Below are positions 26,310 to 39,099 of a stretch of 64,000 nt of DNA, piece by piece. A program made the translations under genes and the position numbers. Each line of letters opens with the position of its first letter. The first letter of the stretch is position 1. Origin of the DNA: Raillietiella orientalis (Eukaryota); the NCBI GenBank assembly GCA_036172245.1, contig JAYWIR010000009.1, forward strand, positions 558,001 through 622,000, read 5' to 3'. The notes under the pieces are model-generated. The model was not told where the DNA came from, made no database searches, and was given only the letters and a program-made list of their open reading frames with translations.

Positions 26310-26820
26310 GGCGCTCTCTTATCGCCCTGAGGATGGGTTTCCCTTCCAGGATGAACAGAAGGGAATTCAGTGTGGCATGCTTCAGGGGCGAAAAGATCTG
26401 TCGGCGCGTCTAGTCGACTGCGCGTAAGTTGCACCATCGGTATGCAACGCTTCGAGCATTCCCTAGCTCGCTGCAGCATCCTGGTCGGCGCGTGATGAAA
26501 GGGATGGCAACAAAATCCATTGCCAAAGTCTGCGAAGAAAGCGCCGAGGTGCTTCGAGAGGCGCCACTAGAGTGGAGCCGGTAATCCGAAATTTGGCTCC
26601 GGGCCAGGACTTACTTGGCAAGGGAGGGAGGGGGGGAGAGTTTGCGAACAGCGCTGAGTTGTCCAGGTGCGTTCGCATTGTTCTTGGAGCATGTTCCATT
26701 TGCTCCAGGGCCGTTGGAGAAATAGCGAGAAGAGGGCATCGCAAGGGGTCGCAACGAATTTCATGAAAGCCTGATCGAGAAGAAACAATCTGGGCATCCC
26801 GACTGTCTTATAGCCACAGC
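26310..26820 (+). mobile_element. Possible R2-like endonuclease remnant
   Basis: TRVEPVIRNLAPGQDLL...VRIV resembles EP...PDL...D.+V of the R2-type RLE. Confidence 0.3.
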
Positions 26821-27050
26821 TGGTGGTAACGCGATGGTCATCTCTGTAAGCAACACGTCACGCCCTTCCATGAGGAAAACGTGACGAGCGCGCACGCAAG
26901 GGCATCTGCTGGGAAACTAGGCTGATGCTTTTGACGGAAATTATCTCGATCCAGATATTCAATTATTGTATTTTCAGTTTTTCCATTTGAGCATTTGATC
27001 AGTCGGCATCATTTCAATGTCGTCAATAAAATTATGGATCGATAAAAAAA

Positions 27051-27075
27051 GAAAAGAAAAGAAAAGAAAAGAAAA
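27051..27075. repeat. (GAAAA)5 simple repeat
   Basis: Direct reading. Confidence 0.9.
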
Positions 27076-27199
27076 CTAGCACGCAGAAGTGAGAACCCGG
27101 TTTCTTCGGGGATGTGATGCCATCTATGAATTTGCAAAGGCACCTTCGATACGTCAGTAGAATTTCGAAGCTTCTCTTTCGAGAACGCTTTTGTCCGAA

Positions 27200-28550
27200 C
27201 GAGTTCTCGCTACAACCTTACCTTGGTTTCCGTAGAAACGCTGCCTTTGAAACAACTCGTTCGAACCAGATCCGATCAATTTCAGCAAGAATTGCTCCTG
27301 CTTTGGTCTGTTGGGTGCGGAGATGGAAGCATCCAAAACGTCCATGCTTTTCGTAACGCGTCGATTTCCAGCCGGATGCCCCGAGCACAGATGTATAACC
27401 CATGGGAATCTTTAGGACCCCAGGATATACCGACCGGTCTTTCTCAACAACGTGAACCATCTTGCGCTGTCTTTGGTTGAGCGCTCCTTTCCGGAGAGTC
27501 TGCACAACTGAATCGAAATGTCTTCCAAACTGGGAAGGATAAATAGAGACGGTGTGAGGAGGCAAATATTAGGAAATCCATTGTCCAGATCGATGATGTG
27601 CTCCTGCATGGCTCTTCTGCTGTTCGGGGAATCGCTGTGCCAAGGCGAAGCTTCGAAATTTTTCCGCTTCCGAAATTCGCAGTGCTTCCGTCCCGAAAAC
27701 CGATAGTGCCATCCATCTATGAGCAGCAAGGCGAATCATTGGAAGTCCCTCAGGCAGCCCTATGAGTATTGGGTTCTTCTCTTCCGGAGCGCGGTGGGTG
27801 CGACGTCTGTGCGCATAACGAAAGGCGTAAACGCTCCCATCTCCAGACGGAGGCAGCAGCATCAACTCATTCTGCATCCGATCGAATCTGGTTCAGATGA
27901 GTTGCTTTCTGGGCAGCGTCGCCCACTCAGGAGGATCGCACCATTTGCTTTTCAGACCCCCCGTCCAGCGTAATGCCGCGAAGAGGATCCAGAACGGCGC
28001 GATGACGCACAACATTCCACGCTCAAGGGACCATAGAAGGTGTGGACGGCTCAACCAGAAGAGCAAGATGCAGATGCGCGGCCGTCAGCATCGGCTGTGC
28101 TTGTTCAACCCGGAACGGAACAACATCGAGCGAGAAATCATGAATCAGCAAACGAACTTCCTTAGCGATCCGTCCGGGCAGGTTTGCGATTGTGATGGAC
28201 TGTGGTTTAGGGATGATCTCGAAACACCAAAGCATTCAGCTCTTTTGCAGTGCAGAGAATGCTAGGAAGACTCAGGCAAAGCATAGGTCCATGCCTTCTG
28301 TTGCAAACGGAACAAAAATGGGGACTGGAAACAACGAGCAAACTTACTGAACTTTACTGGAGTCTTCATTTTAAAAGACGTCAATCCCGCGAAGCCATTT
28401 CGACTCCGTCGGGCTGGGGCCGACGTCGATTTTTTTGCTTTTTTGTTCGCTCAGGTGTTGCGAATTGCCCCGAGTCCTATAATCCGGAAAAATTAAATGT
28501 ATTGATGCATCTCTCCCTGAAGACTTCCTCTTGAAATCTTAGCTGGATGA
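27200..28550 (-). mobile_element. Decayed 5' region (possible protease plus zinc fingers) of a NeSL/Utopia-like element
   Basis: Remnants AHLHLALLV...VLDPLRG...MQNE (Ulp1-like order), followed by AMQEHI and FRFSCAD zinc-finger-like motifs. Confidence 0.35.
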
Positions 28551-28749
28551 GATCCCGAAAAGTAACGTCATTTGGACGGAAGCCATTTCCTTGCAAGTTT
28601 GCATCTTTCATTAAAAGGACGCGATCCTGATTGAATTTTTGAGCAACGCTGGCAGCACCGTGCGGGATTCGAAAAATGGCCGCGGTCAAGATGGCCGCGT
28701 GGAGTCAGCGTGGGCGGGACAATTTACTGCCAAAGTATTTTGCAAACCG

Positions 28750-28995
28750 GGCATTTGGATATTTCGATTTTCTCCAGGTCCCACAAGGGGTGGGGTAAAT
28801 TTATTTTCATTTTTTAAATATCATTCACACGACAGTCACATTCATACAATACACTACTTGTTCTGTATTCACTGGAAGTCCTTGGGATTCACTGAAGTTC
28901 TGCACTTAGGGTGGGTATGCGGGTGTTTGGTCCCGGGCGTCGTCCTCGATCCTCTTAAGGATGAGTCTGTACGTCCAGGCATTTGGATATTTCGA
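28750..28995 (-). mobile_element. 210-bp 5'-truncated LINE 3' end flanked by an 18-bp target-site duplication
   Basis: Exact direct repeat GGCATTTGGATATTTCGA at 28750-28767 and 28978-28995. The insert on the minus strand is an ORF end WTYRLILKRIEDDARDQTPAYPP*, then a 3'UTR with AATAAA and a short A tail. Confidence 0.8.
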
Positions 28996-29994
28996 ATGTG
29001 CGCTTGTTCTCTCCACCCTTTCGTTCTCCCTTTTCCTTTCCTGTTCCTTTCCTTCTTTCTCCCTCCCTCCCCTTCTTCCCCTCAAGAGGAAACCCTTAAT
29101 ATCGCTGAACACAAGAAAAAAAAATCCCCTCAAAAAACACGCAGCAAAGAGTAAAACACTGATACTGGAAAGCCTGACTGCTGGGGTGTCTCCGGAGTTG
29201 TTGCAAGCAGTCTGAAGTTACCATAGTGAAGGGAAACACTAAAAGGGAAACCGAGATGCATTTTTTGAAAAATTCCTTCTTTGAGAACACCTAACTACGG
29301 AAAGAGGATGCGACTAAGCTGGATTTAACAGGAAACTAGCCTACGGATGCAGGTTTGTAGGATGTTTCCAAAGTGGCTATCTCATTCGGATAAGGGATGC
29401 CATATCATCATAAGCGTTTTTCCCCGAAACACAGAATCCACGCACGCTGTATCAGACGTGTCCGATGACGTGGAACGAAATTTTCCCTTTTTCTTCGTCA
29501 TCAAATGCTGAGGATTCATCTCTACGGCCCCCGCTGGCACCATTCATGGCGATGATCTTATCCATCTCTCCTCTCAAATGTTCTTCAGCGTTGAAAATCC
29601 GAGATGTCTGAAAACTTTCCAAATTTCCAACTGCGCGCGATACCCAACAGCAGTTCCGTTCTTCCAAAGCGCTCCTTCTGTGAGTTGTTGTTTTTTTTCT
29701 TACTCTCTCTCTCTCTCTCTTTCAATCCCACCCTCTCCCTTCTTTTCCTTTTTCATTTGTTCCTTGAAATGGGAAAAAATATGGAGAACGGTGAACTCTG
29801 TACGGGGAGGCGTTCGCCGCCGCTGAGGACCGAGAGGCCATCTCGCACGTCGGCCGTCCGACAGGAGGACAGCGCAACTGGATTGAGGGGAGTTCTCCGA
29901 GGACGCCTAAGAGCGGCAGCGAGTCCTTCCTGGCCTACAGGCCCGAACCTCAGCGAAAGGCCGATCCGAAGCAAGGAACCTGCCTTCCTCGACT

Positions 29995-31395
29995 GATGTC
30001 AGGACTCGGTCTCGGGAACTGTCCTCGTGGTTGGAATCCCTGCCTTCGATCACCGAAACTGGAACATCAGGCGGGAGCAGGCGCTGGAGTCCAAGGTGAA
30101 CACTCTGGAAGTGCTTCGAGAAGAAATGCGACCGCTGCGGAATCGCCTACATTGGCATCTGAAAGATCTCTTGCAGAGCTGGACGCAGTGGTTCCAGATA
30201 ACCGTCACACCCCTTGCCTCAGCACTGTGTGCCCTCAGCACAAACGATGACAGCAGTTAACCTGAGGGATGGGAGTCACCATTGCAGGAGTCGAGGAAAC
30301 CCCCGGCGGCGGCAAGACAAGCGGGGGACAGTGCCACTACCCGTTCCCGAGCGAAGGCAATCCTTTGGTGGAGCGAACTGCTTGACATGCCTCCCCGAAG
30401 AACTCGTGATCTCTTCCCTGTGTGTAGTCACCACCGTGCTCCCGTTGCGGTGGGACGGGGTGTCCTGCTGCTTCTGCACTGAAGGAATCCCAGTGCAACA
30501 GCGCAGGACCTGGTTTCCGGGGAAGTTGCTGCCTCCCCGAGCTGTTCCAGGTGCGGGGCGGTGGAATCTCTCCCTCACCTCTTGTTGGAGTGCCTTCGAG
30601 GCCATTCGGCGGAGACTCTGTTAACTGATCCGCCACCGGAGGACACCGCCAAGGACTTTCTGCGACGCTTCCTTACTCAAGGCGGGCTGACGGCAGACAC
30701 CGTCATCTCCACGAGATGCTGCATCCGCGCCATAGTCGCAGTCCGCTCCGTGTGAAAGAGTCTCGTTCGCAGCAAAGGGAAACCATCCGAATGGCTGCCG
30801 CCTTGATGAGGACGGCTGCAAGGTGGTCTCACCCGCCAGAAGAAGTCATCAGAGAGATGACCACCAAACAAAGCCGCACCTAGGAAGAAGGGAAAGACTG
30901 AAACCAAAGAGCCCCTGTCCCTTCCCTCCCGCTTTTTTTTTTTTTTTTACTTTATTTATTGTCCCCTTCTTCCGTTCCTTACTTCCTTAGAAGTCGGTCT
31001 GCGTTTCGGTGGTCAACCCCAATGAACTTTTTTTTTTTGATATCTCCTGCATTCAGGGGATGCTGTGCCCCTCTGACTTCTGGTTTATTTTTTAAATAAA
31101 TCTCCCGGCGTGACTGATTACAAATCACTGGTTTCGGATGAGTCTGCTCACAGTCGTTCAAGGATTCCTTCTTCGTATTCCACTGCTCAGATTGGGTCAT
31201 TCCATCGCTCTCTGTTTCTTCCCCCCTGTCTTTTTTTTCACTTTATTTATTGTCTCCTCCCACCCGCTCCCTATTCCCTTAAAAGTCGGACTACAAGCCG
31301 ATGGTCATCCCTAGTAAACTTCTTTTCTTTTGGCATGTTTTCTGTATTCAGAGGACCCTGCTTTCCTGATTTGTGGTTCATGTTTTAAGCAAACG
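29995..31395 (+). mobile_element. Tx1/L1-like 3' end with a second, diverged copy of its 3'UTR
   Basis: SCSRCGAVESLPHLLLEC knuckle; EQALESKV..LQSWTQ is homologous to QEALESLV..LQDWTQ at ~9500. 30935-31100 is repeated with divergence at 31230-31393. Confidence 0.8.
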
Positions 31396-31779
31396 TCCAG
31401 GAGAGACCGGGTGCAAACCTTTTTCGACTCGTGCGCCGAGTTTCCTCTTTCCTGACCAGTGGGTCCTACACCTGAACGGTGTGCACATGTGGTCCACAGA
31501 GCGCTGAGGTGACCCTCGAAGAAATCGGCTTTTCCCCCGGTTGCTCCAGGACGCTTCTTGCAATCAAGAAACATACAAGGGGAGTATGGTAGGACTGTCT
31601 CTCCTACCACGTGGTCCACGGATTGAACCTGCTGAGAAGTCTATAGGCAGACCGGCGAGGATTGCCTCGAAAGGAGAGGGAAAAGGAACCAAAAAAAAAG
31701 GAAAAAGAATTCAATTTATTTTTATAAATAGATGAAAACTTTGAAAGGTCATGAAGGGTTCAATTATGCCAGCGGGAGT

Positions 31780-32140
31780 TGCACGGGGGGCTTCAGTGCA
31801 ACAGCAGAAGCGCTGACTCCTGTCATCGGAGGAGGGTGCGGTCGTCCAAGAATGCGGGGAGCCACTCGGGATCTCCACGGGGTATTCCGAGTAGCTCGCC
31901 CCCGTGCAAAAGTCCTTCCAGCGGGCTACTCAGGGTCACAGAGTCTGCCAGCTGACCTGTGGTCCAACCACTAACGCTTACCCTCTGGATCTTAGTTCCC
32001 TGTGGAGGAGAGCAGCAGGTGATGTCCGAATTCGGAGACTGGCAGACCGGACCGGACTTCAGGTCAGAGAGAGCGTGTTCCGACAGATTTGCATCCGGTG
32101 ACGCCAAAGCTTTTATTTCACATTAATAAAATAAACCTAC
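31780..32140 (+). mobile_element. 3' end of an RLE-type non-LTR element with AATAAA tail
   Basis: VVQECGEP...APVQK...YPLDLSSLWRR...QICIR*, followed by taataaaataaa. Confidence 0.35.
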
Positions 32141-32199
32141 AATCTGGAAAATACACCGTCCAAGCGGCGATTTTCCTATAACAAACTGTCCAAAGAAAG

Positions 32200-33240
32200 T
32201 TTTCAAGTGGTGGGTTCACCGACACTCCCGACCGGTTTCCTGAATGTCCAGAGCGGGAGGATAGGGCGAAAAACAAAAATAAAAATAAATTCCAAGGAAA
32301 GGGGTAGGGGCTTTGGCTCTTCCTGTTTCTTCATGAAACACCAGGAAAAGTCCGGAACGGGCGGAAGTGGGCAGTAAACAATTGTATAAAGGGGAGGGTG
32401 GGCCAAGGGTCACCGGCAATGTGCGTTCCTTCCTTTCAGAAGCGGCGCAGGATATCGGCGATCTCCTTCTTGACTTCCTAGTCTAGGTGAGGCCACCTGG
32501 CAACCGTTTTCATGTAGACTGGCGGCATCCGTCCGCTGCTTCAGAGACTTCAGCAAATGGCGGGACGTAACGATGGCACAGATGCAGCATGTCGTCGCTA
32601 TCACGGTGCGTGTCATGGCTCCACCTCTTGCGAAGAATCGCCGCAGAAAGTCCGTCGCAGTGTCTCCGGTACGCAGGAGCGCCAAATTCAACTTCCGAAA
32701 AGTTCCTGAAGGGCACTGCAGTCCAGAGAGAGGTGCAGGAACGATTCAATTGCCCCTCACTTCAAACAGTTAGGGACACGACGCCCCAGAGATCTTCTTC
32801 CTTCACTGGAAACTTCAATGCAGAAACAGTAGGATGTCCTGCTTCCATTTCAACGGGAACACGGAAGTGTTTCTACGCAGGGAAGGGACAACAAGTTCGT
32901 CGGAGACCACTCTGAGCAGCTCGCTCCATTATCGAAGCAGTCCCTTCGCCCTGTGATGTGGAGTCCACCAGCTCACTCTACTTCCAACCGCCCAGCAGTT
33001 TTGTTCTTCCTGCAGTGGTGCAGGACAGCTCGCACCTTGCCAGTAGGTAACTGTCATCACTTTCTCTTGGGGCTGACAGGACTGCAGCAGTAGGCGTGGC
33101 GGCCTGACGAGCAGTCTTCTACGTGTCCTACAGGGCATCTTCCTCAGAATTCCGATAGAGGGAGCAGACTGATTCTTCCAGGAACTGTGTTTGGGAGAAA
33201 GCAAGATAGCGCACAGAAAGTCAGGAAGTTGATGGCCCTC
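32200..33240 (-). mobile_element. Tx1/L1-like 3' end
   Basis: NCLK*GAIESFLHLSLDC and DTATDFLRRFFARGG..TVIATTCCICAIV, near-identical in protein to DTAKDFLRRFLTQGG..TVISTRCCIRAIV at 30640-30740. Confidence 0.8.
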
Positions 33241-33629
33241 CACCATCTTCCCATTTCTCGGCCTCGATGATGAGGCTTCGGCACGCGAGCGTGCTGCGTT
33301 ACGGGAAGGGGGATCGGCGATCTGCTTGCGAGGGAGGACGAAAGGTACAGACGAAGAAACAAAGCAGAAAGCAAAACCGGATGCTTTTCGTGGAGCCTTA
33401 CGTCTCCCTTCATCTTTAGCCTATAGAACCCATCCCTGCGTCCCTTTCTGACGTTCCGGTCCGGAGCGCGAGACTCGTGGTCGGCCTGCCCGATGGTCGC
33501 CTTTTCCGCGTGAGCAGCAGAGGTAGCTCTGATGCTTCGCCCTAGAGAACGAAGTGCCCGCACGAAACGGAAGTCCCGAGCGCGCTCCGCTCCTTCCTAC
33601 TTCCTTCCTGGGTTCTGTTTTTTCTGCTT

Positions 33630-35171
33630 TCGTTCCACAGATCCGCTCTTGGTTTTCTCCTCTGCAGATTACCCCAAAGGGGCGCTTCTGAATTTCTACA
33701 AATGGCATTTCCAGAAGGGAGCTGCGCGATTCTTGGACACTCTGGAGAGGTAGACCCCCGAGGGGGTATCAACTAGCCCGCGTCGGAGGCCTTGTGGTTA
33801 AGGCTTCCGCGTGTGGCACCATGCGTCGCGGGTTCGAATACTTCGGCAGAAACTCTGACGCCTCTGCGTCGTCGAGTTCCGAGTTTCTCCTGCAATGGCG
33901 CTGGTTGGCCGAGACATTCGGGCGTGGCACCGGTGGTGGATTAAGCCGGAGGCCCCCGATGAAGGCCGGAACAATGGGATTCGACCTTCGGGTCCTCCCA
34001 GGAATCAAGGAGTGGGGAGTTTCCCCCTCCTGTCCTGCAACGGAGAGCGGACCCCCCCACCGGGGGACCTTCCGAGTCGTCGCCTCTTCACAGAGTGCAC
34101 AAGGAAGCGAGAGCGATTTCCTGCGGGAAGCTGCAGCGCCCCTTCTGAGTTTCGGAAGCGTCCCTTCGTGGTTCTCTTCAGAGGAGTGAATAAAGGAGCG
34201 GTTCCCTTGCGGGTTCCCTCAGGGGAAGAAATTCCTACAAGCGGATCCTTTCCGGGTTCCCTTCGTAGAAGTTGAAATTAAGTTGAAATGGAGAGGACAG
34301 CCCCTCCCCATTGGTGGGGGGGTGTCCCTCCGGAGAGAATGAGGAAGGAGATTCCCTTCGGGGTTCCCCTTCGGAGACAACCAGGATGGGAGGTGCGATC
34401 CCCCCCGTCCGGGGGGATCCCTCCCCAAGCGTGAGAGGAACGGACTCCGAGCCCTTCCTGAATTCATAGGGCGAACCTCATCCCGGGGTGCCCCCTATCC
34501 TGAAGAATTACACGCCCCCCTGCGGGTTGCCGCGGGCGGAGGGGCGTGGAAACAAAATAGTGTGTTTAATGTTTAAAAAAAGAGCCACGTGAGCCGCGAG
34601 GCACGCGACCGGCTCTGAGGTACTTAGCGAACCAAAAAAAAGAAAACTCTTAAAAAATTTTATTGTTTTTATTTGTCCTTTCCCCCCCCGCTGCCGAGTC
34701 GAACTCGCCAGCCTGCGTGCTTGCTACTCGGCAATTTCAGACTCTTTATTAGAACATTTTTTAGGACGCTGTAGGGGCAATCGCCCTACACTTGCTTGTT
34801 TGTTTTTACTAAAAAATAAACGCCCCGGCGCACCCGGGTGTAAAAACCAAAAAAAAAAAAACTAGCTCCATGCTACGGCTCGCTTTTCACAACCGAAGGA
34901 GAATCCCGAAGGTAACCAGCTGCTTGATTCATTGAAGGACTCTGGAGAGTCAGCCTTCGATCCCGACCGGTCAACGGGGCATGCGGTTTCCGTACGCTTC
35001 CACCATTGCAACACCCGAAGCCTACAGGCCGACCAGCGTCATCCTGTGGGGAGACTCAAAACCCGCAACGCACCCCCCGTTTTCGGGGTCGATTCTTCTC
35101 AGGGCAAGATTCGAACCCGCGACGCTCAATGCCGCGCGCGGAGGTCGCAGTCGCATGGCGGCCAATGCGGC
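33630..35171 (-). mobile_element. tRNA-derived SINE copy 4, split into 35171-34861 and 33777-33630
   Basis: B box GGTTCGAATCT at ~35107-35117. The rejoined halves (ggggtatcaactagctccatgcta) are colinear with copy 2 (ggggtatcaacgagtcccatgcta, reverse complement). Confidence 0.85.
33776..34860 (+). mobile_element. tRNA-derived SINE copy 3 fused to a Tx1-like 3'UTR and poly(A), inserted into SINE copy 4
   Basis: Head with B box GGTTCGAATAC at 33831-33841, SINE body to ~34640, LINE-type 3'UTR 34650-34850, poly(A). Flanked by AACTAGC at 33771-33777 and 34860-34866. Confidence 0.85.
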
Positions 35172-37900
35172 TTCCTTCCTGGGTGCCAAGGGTTCGACCA
35201 CCTCTTCCGCCGGGTACCGCTTACCCAGGAAATCATTGACCGGTCGCGCCTTGGCGAGGTGGCATGGCAACCGAGCACCAGATTTCGCACGTGTCGTCTT
35301 TTTCTTCCCGGCGCAGAGCGGTACCTGATTGGCACGGCGGCCTCGCGCATCTAACTGTGAGCGGACCCATCGCGCCACCGAACCGCGGAAGAACGAGGGC
35401 AACCACCGCGGGAGGAACTGCCGCCGGTGTTCGATCTCCGTATGCTGCGGTAGTCTTCCGCTGCTGGGATTTCTTCCACGGGATGGTAGGCGCCATCTTT
35501 CTGGGCCAGGGCCGGTTCTTGGCTGACTGCCCTGTTTGCAAAGGCGGGGAGGGGATGATCCGTTCCGGAGGACCAAACTCCTTCGCTCTTGGGTCAGCAT
35601 CTCGCTCAGAGGCAGAGTTTTTTCGGGAGATCGTCAGCAACTCCCGGCAGGAGGGTCCGCCGAAGCAGGGAGAGGGCAGACTCCCTGGCGTCTGCAAGAC
35701 TGCAAGGAAGCACGGCCATTCTACCCTCGAGGAGACGGTCGCTGAACTTCAAGAGCGGGTCTGTCCTATAGCAAACCCTCTTGCCGCAGCATCTCCTTCC
35801 ACTCGGCACAGCAATGACACTTGCCCACCGGCTGCCAAACATCAGGAAAGGGAGCGCCTTCGGATGGCTAGTCCCCGCATCAGCTCGCCGGCGCCGCGAC
35901 CGCAACCGCCCGCCCAAAGGGACTCAGCGACCTCTGGGCGCGCCCTTCGGAAATACCTTCCGAAGGCATTCAAGGCAGCACGGAGCGTAAGCTGCCATTT
36001 TGAAGGGAAGCGAAGAAAAATTCCCCCTGGTTTAGAACATGGTGGCGGTGGGGGGAGGGGAGGGTTCTTCGAAGAGGAGCAGGTGCTGGATGCCTCGATT
36101 CACCTTTGGGCGGCTGCATAAAGCTCCTACAGCCAATTGACCAGCCAGAATCTCTGCGAACCTTAGCCAGAGTTACCTTCGTCTCCTCTCTAACCAGACA
36201 TGGTCCTCTATTTTTGCGCTTGTTCCAGTGCAGCACTGCGTTACAAGAGGACATGCCATTGCCCCTGTCGGACTTCGGCGCTCCGTTCGCCTCAGACCAG
36301 TGAGAATAGGAGCGTAGGAGCTGTAAGTGGATATGGAAGAATGCGTATCCTAGCGAGATGAGAAAAAACACCAAGGGCATTCTACTGGGAGGAGCAATCG
36401 AAAGGTTGCAAAGAAAACAGCTCTTCCGAAAGAATTCTGAAACTGCGAGACAAAAGAAATGGGCGAGACAACATCCGAAACCTGAATTCGAACAGCAGGA
36501 GCCGCAAGTGCAGAATTCAAGGACCGCACTGGGAGCCCAGAGTGACCCTTCGGAAACTCCGATCTCGGACATGAGCCAGAGACACTCTGCCTTTTTCCAG
36601 GCTGTCCTGCACACCGATATGAATGGCTGCTTCCGATGTCCGGAAGCATGCCGTCTTTCCTCAAGGGAATGACCTTCCATTATGGCAGCGTGGCATCCAG
36701 TATTACCGGATTACGAGAGGAAGATCCTTGGTGCCGAAGAATTGCACCATTGCTTAATAAAAAGCAACTGATGAAAGAAGAATGGTAGCAACACCGAACC
36801 TTGCTGACAACTGCTTTTCAGGATGGCACAACAGTGCCAACACATGAGGGGGGAACCTCCAGCTGTGCAGACAGAGCAGGACACTGCCTCAAGGACCACT
36901 TTGGAGAAGATCGGGAAGGAATTCTCCTTCAGAGGAGGAACTTTTGAAAGGCTCGACTACAGACAGAGGCGGAGCGACGACTCCAAGAACGCCTTGCAAA
37001 AACGCACCAAATTAGGATGCATTTTTTACGTTCATCCCGCACACCAGGTGTCTCCCGCGGAGGCAGCTGTAAGATGAGTTGACCGCGAATCAAGCGGTCA
37101 GTGGACGCGAACCAAGTGACCCTCGCTGATTCCATTCACACAAACACATCGCGTGTTGTTTGCGACGGAATCAATAAGGAATCGATGACCTAATTTAATA
37201 AGGATCATGAGAATTCCGCATGCTTCCTACAGAGAGAAGATCTCTGTTTTTAGTCTCCGGTCGTACGTGATTTCTCCCGAAGCACCTCGAGAAAAAGACA
37301 GTTTTCTCACTGTTTCTTCTTTTGTATTCAAAACAGCACTGAGAGTAATCCTCCAGTGATGGAAGCGAGGAAAGAATTCTTTCTAGTCCAGAACATCGCC
37401 AGATCGGAGCTCATTCCAGGAATGTATTCCAAATTTGTGGCAAAATGCTGTTTCAAGAAGAATTCCTGAATGTTGATCTTCAGACACGGAGGCCGTTGCC
37501 ACCGGCATCGACTTTACTGGCTACCGTTCTACGAGGACTCTCCGGAAATTGTAGTCAAAGCACTGACTTTCACTTCCCCTCCTCAAACCACTGTTCCCTT
37601 TCATTGATTTGATCGTTTGAAAACTGGATGTGAGCAAGCCATGCGTAAGCCACTTGCCAGATTCTTTGTCAAAAGATGTTGCTGCAGCCATGAGAGGCAT
37701 TTTTTTGTGAGAGGAGGAGTCCTGTTGAGAGAAATAGCATTGGGAACCTCAGTGAGTGTTCCTGAAATGAAGGAAGCTGCGATTTCAGTAGGACTTGATC
37801 TTGGACTTTCAGCAAAGGTACGTATGTTCAAGGGATGTCTTCCCGGTTTACTTTCTTAAAAGCAACCAGTTGACGAAGAATTAATCCTCCGTGGATTTCT
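35172..37900 (-). mobile_element. 5' half of a decayed NeSL/Utopia-like element (possible Ulp1-like protease, zinc fingers, start of RT), ending at a SINE
   Basis: FFPRFHHWRITL (~37360), NSSYSC (~37070), CSVC and RRHASGH..ISVCRT zinc-finger remnants, pre-RT HTEIEH..SFF and KTTRAKSGARLPCHL (TAPGPDG-like position). Confidence 0.5.
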
Positions 37901-37949
37901 GATGGCGAAAACCCATTAGTGGTTTTAGTATTTCCTACTGGAAGAAAAG

Positions 37950-39000
37950 AAAGACAAAAATTAGGGATGCAGTGAATAGCAGGGCGGGATGAGAATGCTG
38001 CAACCAACCCTGTTTACCAAGTGGACGCTTGGAGATAGGCACCGTACTGGAGCAGGATGTCGGAGCCTTCTTGAGCATCCAAAGTACTAAGCGCGATGCC
38101 TCCAGTAAAGCAGATGCACAGATGCATCGATTGCGAACACGGATAAACATGAGGCTGCCTTGTAACCGAGTCCCGACTTTGTATCCTTCTCCCTGGCGTC
38201 TGCCATGCATATAATCGGAGAGATTGGTAATCTGAGCCTTGGTATTTGGTAGCCTCCTCGGTCAATGGTGCACTTCTAACCTGACACCATGCGTCCAGGA
38301 GTGACCCCCTCGTTCCTAATATCTCGTCCCTAGACATTCCTACTTGATCAGTGTCTTGAACGCGAAGAGGCCACGTGCGGAGTCGAACTGCCGGTCGCTT
38401 CCTCTCCAGCGGTCTCCATACGCTGCACGAGCTACAGATTCATACATGCCAACATGTCTGAAGCTCCATAGGAAACGAATGAGAGATTCATCTTGCCGAC
38501 GGTACCGCAAATGGAGTGAGATGCTGCCGCGCATTCCAAATCATGAAGCGTGGCACTAAACTGGAACTAAACGCCATCTAGCACAATGCGTTTGCTACAA
38601 CAGGAAGGCGATTCTTGAGCATCGGGACGTCCAGACCAGCAACCAAGCAACACCTGACATGGAGCCGTCGTTTCCATCCGAACTCTCCCTGGAAAGCGAG
38701 CCAGGTCGCCATGATCGACTTGTTTGGAAAAAGGGTGCTGCAGCTCCGAAGAAGCGAGCAAGCGAAAATACTGCAACCAGAGCTTTCTCTCCCACTCTTA
38801 GGGCACCATGAGTCGGTTGCAATTGCCATCGGCTCATCAGGATTTGGAGATTCCAAGAACGGAGATGTTTCGAGAGAAGAAGGAGCCTCTGAAACGCAGG
38901 CGAACCACTCTGTTTGCGGAATGGACGAAGGGGTTGCATTGAACGAAGGTCTTGAAGACCTTCAGCCCCACGTTCCGTCCATCTTCAAGTTTCATGCGTG
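37950..39000 (-). mobile_element. Decayed RT/post-RT fragment of a NeSL/Utopia-like element
   Basis: VQCNPF (QG.PLSP-like), ISVLG, CSTL, AYGDRWRG..D...FAFKTL, SLLDAWCQVRSA and RQGEG...SLMFIR...SRL occur in the expected order. Confidence 0.5.
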
Positions 39001-39099
39001 TGAGGATATGGAATCGATTCCATAGAGCCTCCGCCCGCATTCGCACCGATTCGTACCCCGTTCTTTTGGGTCGCCGGTATTCTGGGCGGCTTTTTTCTC

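Noticed and set aside
35264..36121. 285-aa plus-strand ORF
   Set aside because: Antisense to a decayed retrotransposon region, with no protein motif.
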